A stretch of 64,000 bases of DNA from assembly GCF_009914755.1 (NCBI RefSeq), contig NC_060937.1, one strand, 5' to 3'. Position numbers and translations under genes: made by a program. The stretch's first letter is position 1, and each line of letters starts with the position of its first letter. Positions 61,866-64,000 of this stretch are shown one piece after another. The notes under the pieces were generated by a model. It was not told the origin of the DNA and made no database searches. It saw only the letters and a list, made by a program, of their open reading frames with translations. Source of the stretch: the human T2T-CHM13v2.0 reference genome, Homo sapiens.

Positions 61866-62649
61866 TTTTTGTTCTTTTTTATTTATTTTTTTATTTTTAT
61901 TTTTTTTATTATACTTTAAGTTTTAGGGTACATGTGCACATTGTGCAGGTTAGTTACGTATGTATACATGTGCCATGCTGGTGCGCTGCACCCACTAACT
62001 CATCATCTAGCATTAGGTATATCTCCCAATGCTATCCCTCCCTCCTCCCCCCACCCCACAACAGTCCCCAGAGTGTGATATTCCCCTTCCTGTGTCTATG
62101 TGATCTCATTGTTCAATTCCCACCTCTGAGTGAGAATATGCGGTGTTTGGTTTTTTGTTCTTGCGATAGTTTACTGAGAATGATGATTTCCAATTTCATC
62201 CATGTCCCTACAAAGGACATGAACTCATCATTTTTTATGGCTGCATAGTATTCCATGGTGTATATGTGCCACATTTTCTTAATCCAGTCTATCATTGTTG
62301 GACATTTGGGTTGGTTCCAAGTCTTTGCTATTGTGAATAATGCCGCAATAAACATACGTGTGCATGTGTCTTTATAGCAGCATGATTTATAGTCCTTTGG
62401 GTATATACCCAGTAATGGGATGGCTGGGTCAAATGGTATTTCCAGTTCTAGATCCCTGAGGAATCGCCACACTGACTTCCACAATGGTTGAACTAGTTTA
62501 CAGTCCCACCAACAGTGTAAAAGTGTTCCTATTTCTCCACATCCTCTCCAGCACCTGTTGTTTCCTGACTTTTTAATGATTGCCATTCTAACTGGTGTGA
62601 GATGGTATCTCATTGTGGTTTTGATTTGCATTTCTCTGATAGCCAGTGA
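61866..62649 (-). mobile_element. 5'-truncated L1PA2-like element
   Basis: Nearly intact ORF2 C-terminus ([18 protein letters not shown]...[18 protein letters not shown]); 3' UTR reads gatgatGAGttagtggg, so GAG rather than the L1HS-Ta ACA. Confidence 0.93.
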
Positions 62650-64000
62650 AGCTGATTTCATACAATTGAGAATTTGGAGAAAATGAGCATTAGTTCTAGA
62701 AAACAACATAGAATTGTAATCCTATGCAAGCACACTTTCCATTCCAAAAACTCTCTAATATAATATATTGCATTTAAATAATCATTTCCAGAATATCAAG
62801 ATGACAATTAGATATGTTTCTGAGAGTCCATTTGTTTATGTGGAAGAAAATCAGCCTTTAATCAAACACAGCCTTTGCACATGGGAAACACTTTGCAGAT
62901 TTGCTAATTGAATTATATTGAACTAATGAATGTTTTGAGTAAAAAGAGTACCTTGTTAGTGATAAATAAAACAATTTTGGAGGAAGTTTCATTTACAATC
63001 CTCTAGTTCTGTATTATCTACCATTTTCTCCTTTTTGTTAAGAAATGAAAACAGATGCAAACTTCCTGTCATCACAAGGATATCACTGCAACCATTAAGG
63101 AGTCCAAATGAATGTATGCCTCAGACTAAGTAGGGCTGCATCAGAGAAATACAGGTCAGTAAAGAGGCTCTCTTCCCAAAGGATAACACACAGGCACATG
63201 CACATACAAGGTGAATTGTAAAATTTGGCATATAATCCTAGTTGCATACCCTTTGCTCCTAAACCTTCTACAGAGACTAATAAGGTTGCTGAAGATTATG
63301 AACGTGTAATAATTGAAACGTTTTTCTTCCCATCAGAAATCTCACTTCTCTTAAAATAATCATAGTATTTTGAGTATACACATTTTTAATTCTTTTCTGT
63401 GGAAAAAAATACCAAATATTTTATAAGAAAATCAAATAAAAATATAGTTAAGCTTTTCTTTTAATGTTTCCAACTCCCCAAACTCCAGATCTGCCCTATG
63501 TTTTACTCATGAAGATAAAAGAGAAAATTATACTTAAAGTTAATTAAAGGTTCTAAATTATACAAGTTCACTATAGTATGATAGCTTTTGAAATTTTAAT
63601 TGAGGATAGTATGAATTAAATCATGAGAGAAAAAATGTCTATTCATGGTATTTTTTATTATGCTTATATAAAAGAGAAATGTCAGTATAGGTCAATATAT
63701 TTGCTTTTTAAAATTAAATGACAGAAATAACTCATCCAAGAAACCAGCAGAAAGAGCAGACTTTTTCACGTTGACACTTATGGCATTTGCAAGTGTGACT
63801 GATCGTAATGTGATAAAATGCCTTCCTTCTGTCAGTCTCTATGTGAGAGGTACAATCGGAAATGGTGTGAACATTTTCTCCTATGCTATTTGTGTTTCAA
63901 TTCAAAATCAGAGAACAATGGAACAGCATTTTCTATGCAGGAAAATGCATTGAAATGTAAAGGGGGATGTAGTCCCTGAGAATCAGTATTATTAGTTGTC

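Noticed and set aside
61990-62010. L1HS-Ta (active human subfamily) assignment
   Set aside because: The diagnostic trinucleotide reads GAG, not ACA or ACG.
62113-62709. Longest ORF (198 aa) as a gene
   Set aside because: It is the C-terminus of L1 ORF2 in a 5'-truncated copy; the first ~20 residues are read-in from flanking DNA.

Overview
AT-rich, repeat-dense primate genomic DNA, most likely human: it carries a nearly unmutated AluYb8 and an L1PA2-type 3' end. I see no intact host protein-coding gene, RNA gene or CRISPR array, and the listed ORFs are almost all Alu, L1 or LTR translations or chance ORFs. The main object is a 7.3-kb class I endogenous provirus at 23460-30791 (+): two LTRs, TAAC target-site duplication (TSD), tRNA-Pro primer-binding site (PBS), HERV-I/IP-type gag-pro-pol-env remnants, most like HERVP71A/LTR71. 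It is mosaic. Most of capsid and most of pol are replaced by foreign-looking segments, and it hosts two Alus and an antisense LTR10C solo LTR. It still keeps an MLV-type gag-stop readthrough pseudoknot and env splice signals. Also present: a full-length MLT1 MaLR provirus with three-level nesting (43732-47794), an Alu-L1 chimera inside one TSD pair, an AluYd-lineage copy, a TSD-less L1PA2, several solo LTRs with readable TSDs, DNA transposon fossils, and two well-formed + strand candidate non-coding exons. Subfamily names come from memory of consensus sequences and need Dfam/RepeatMasker confirmation. I found no convincing new biological system; the oddities are reported as findings.
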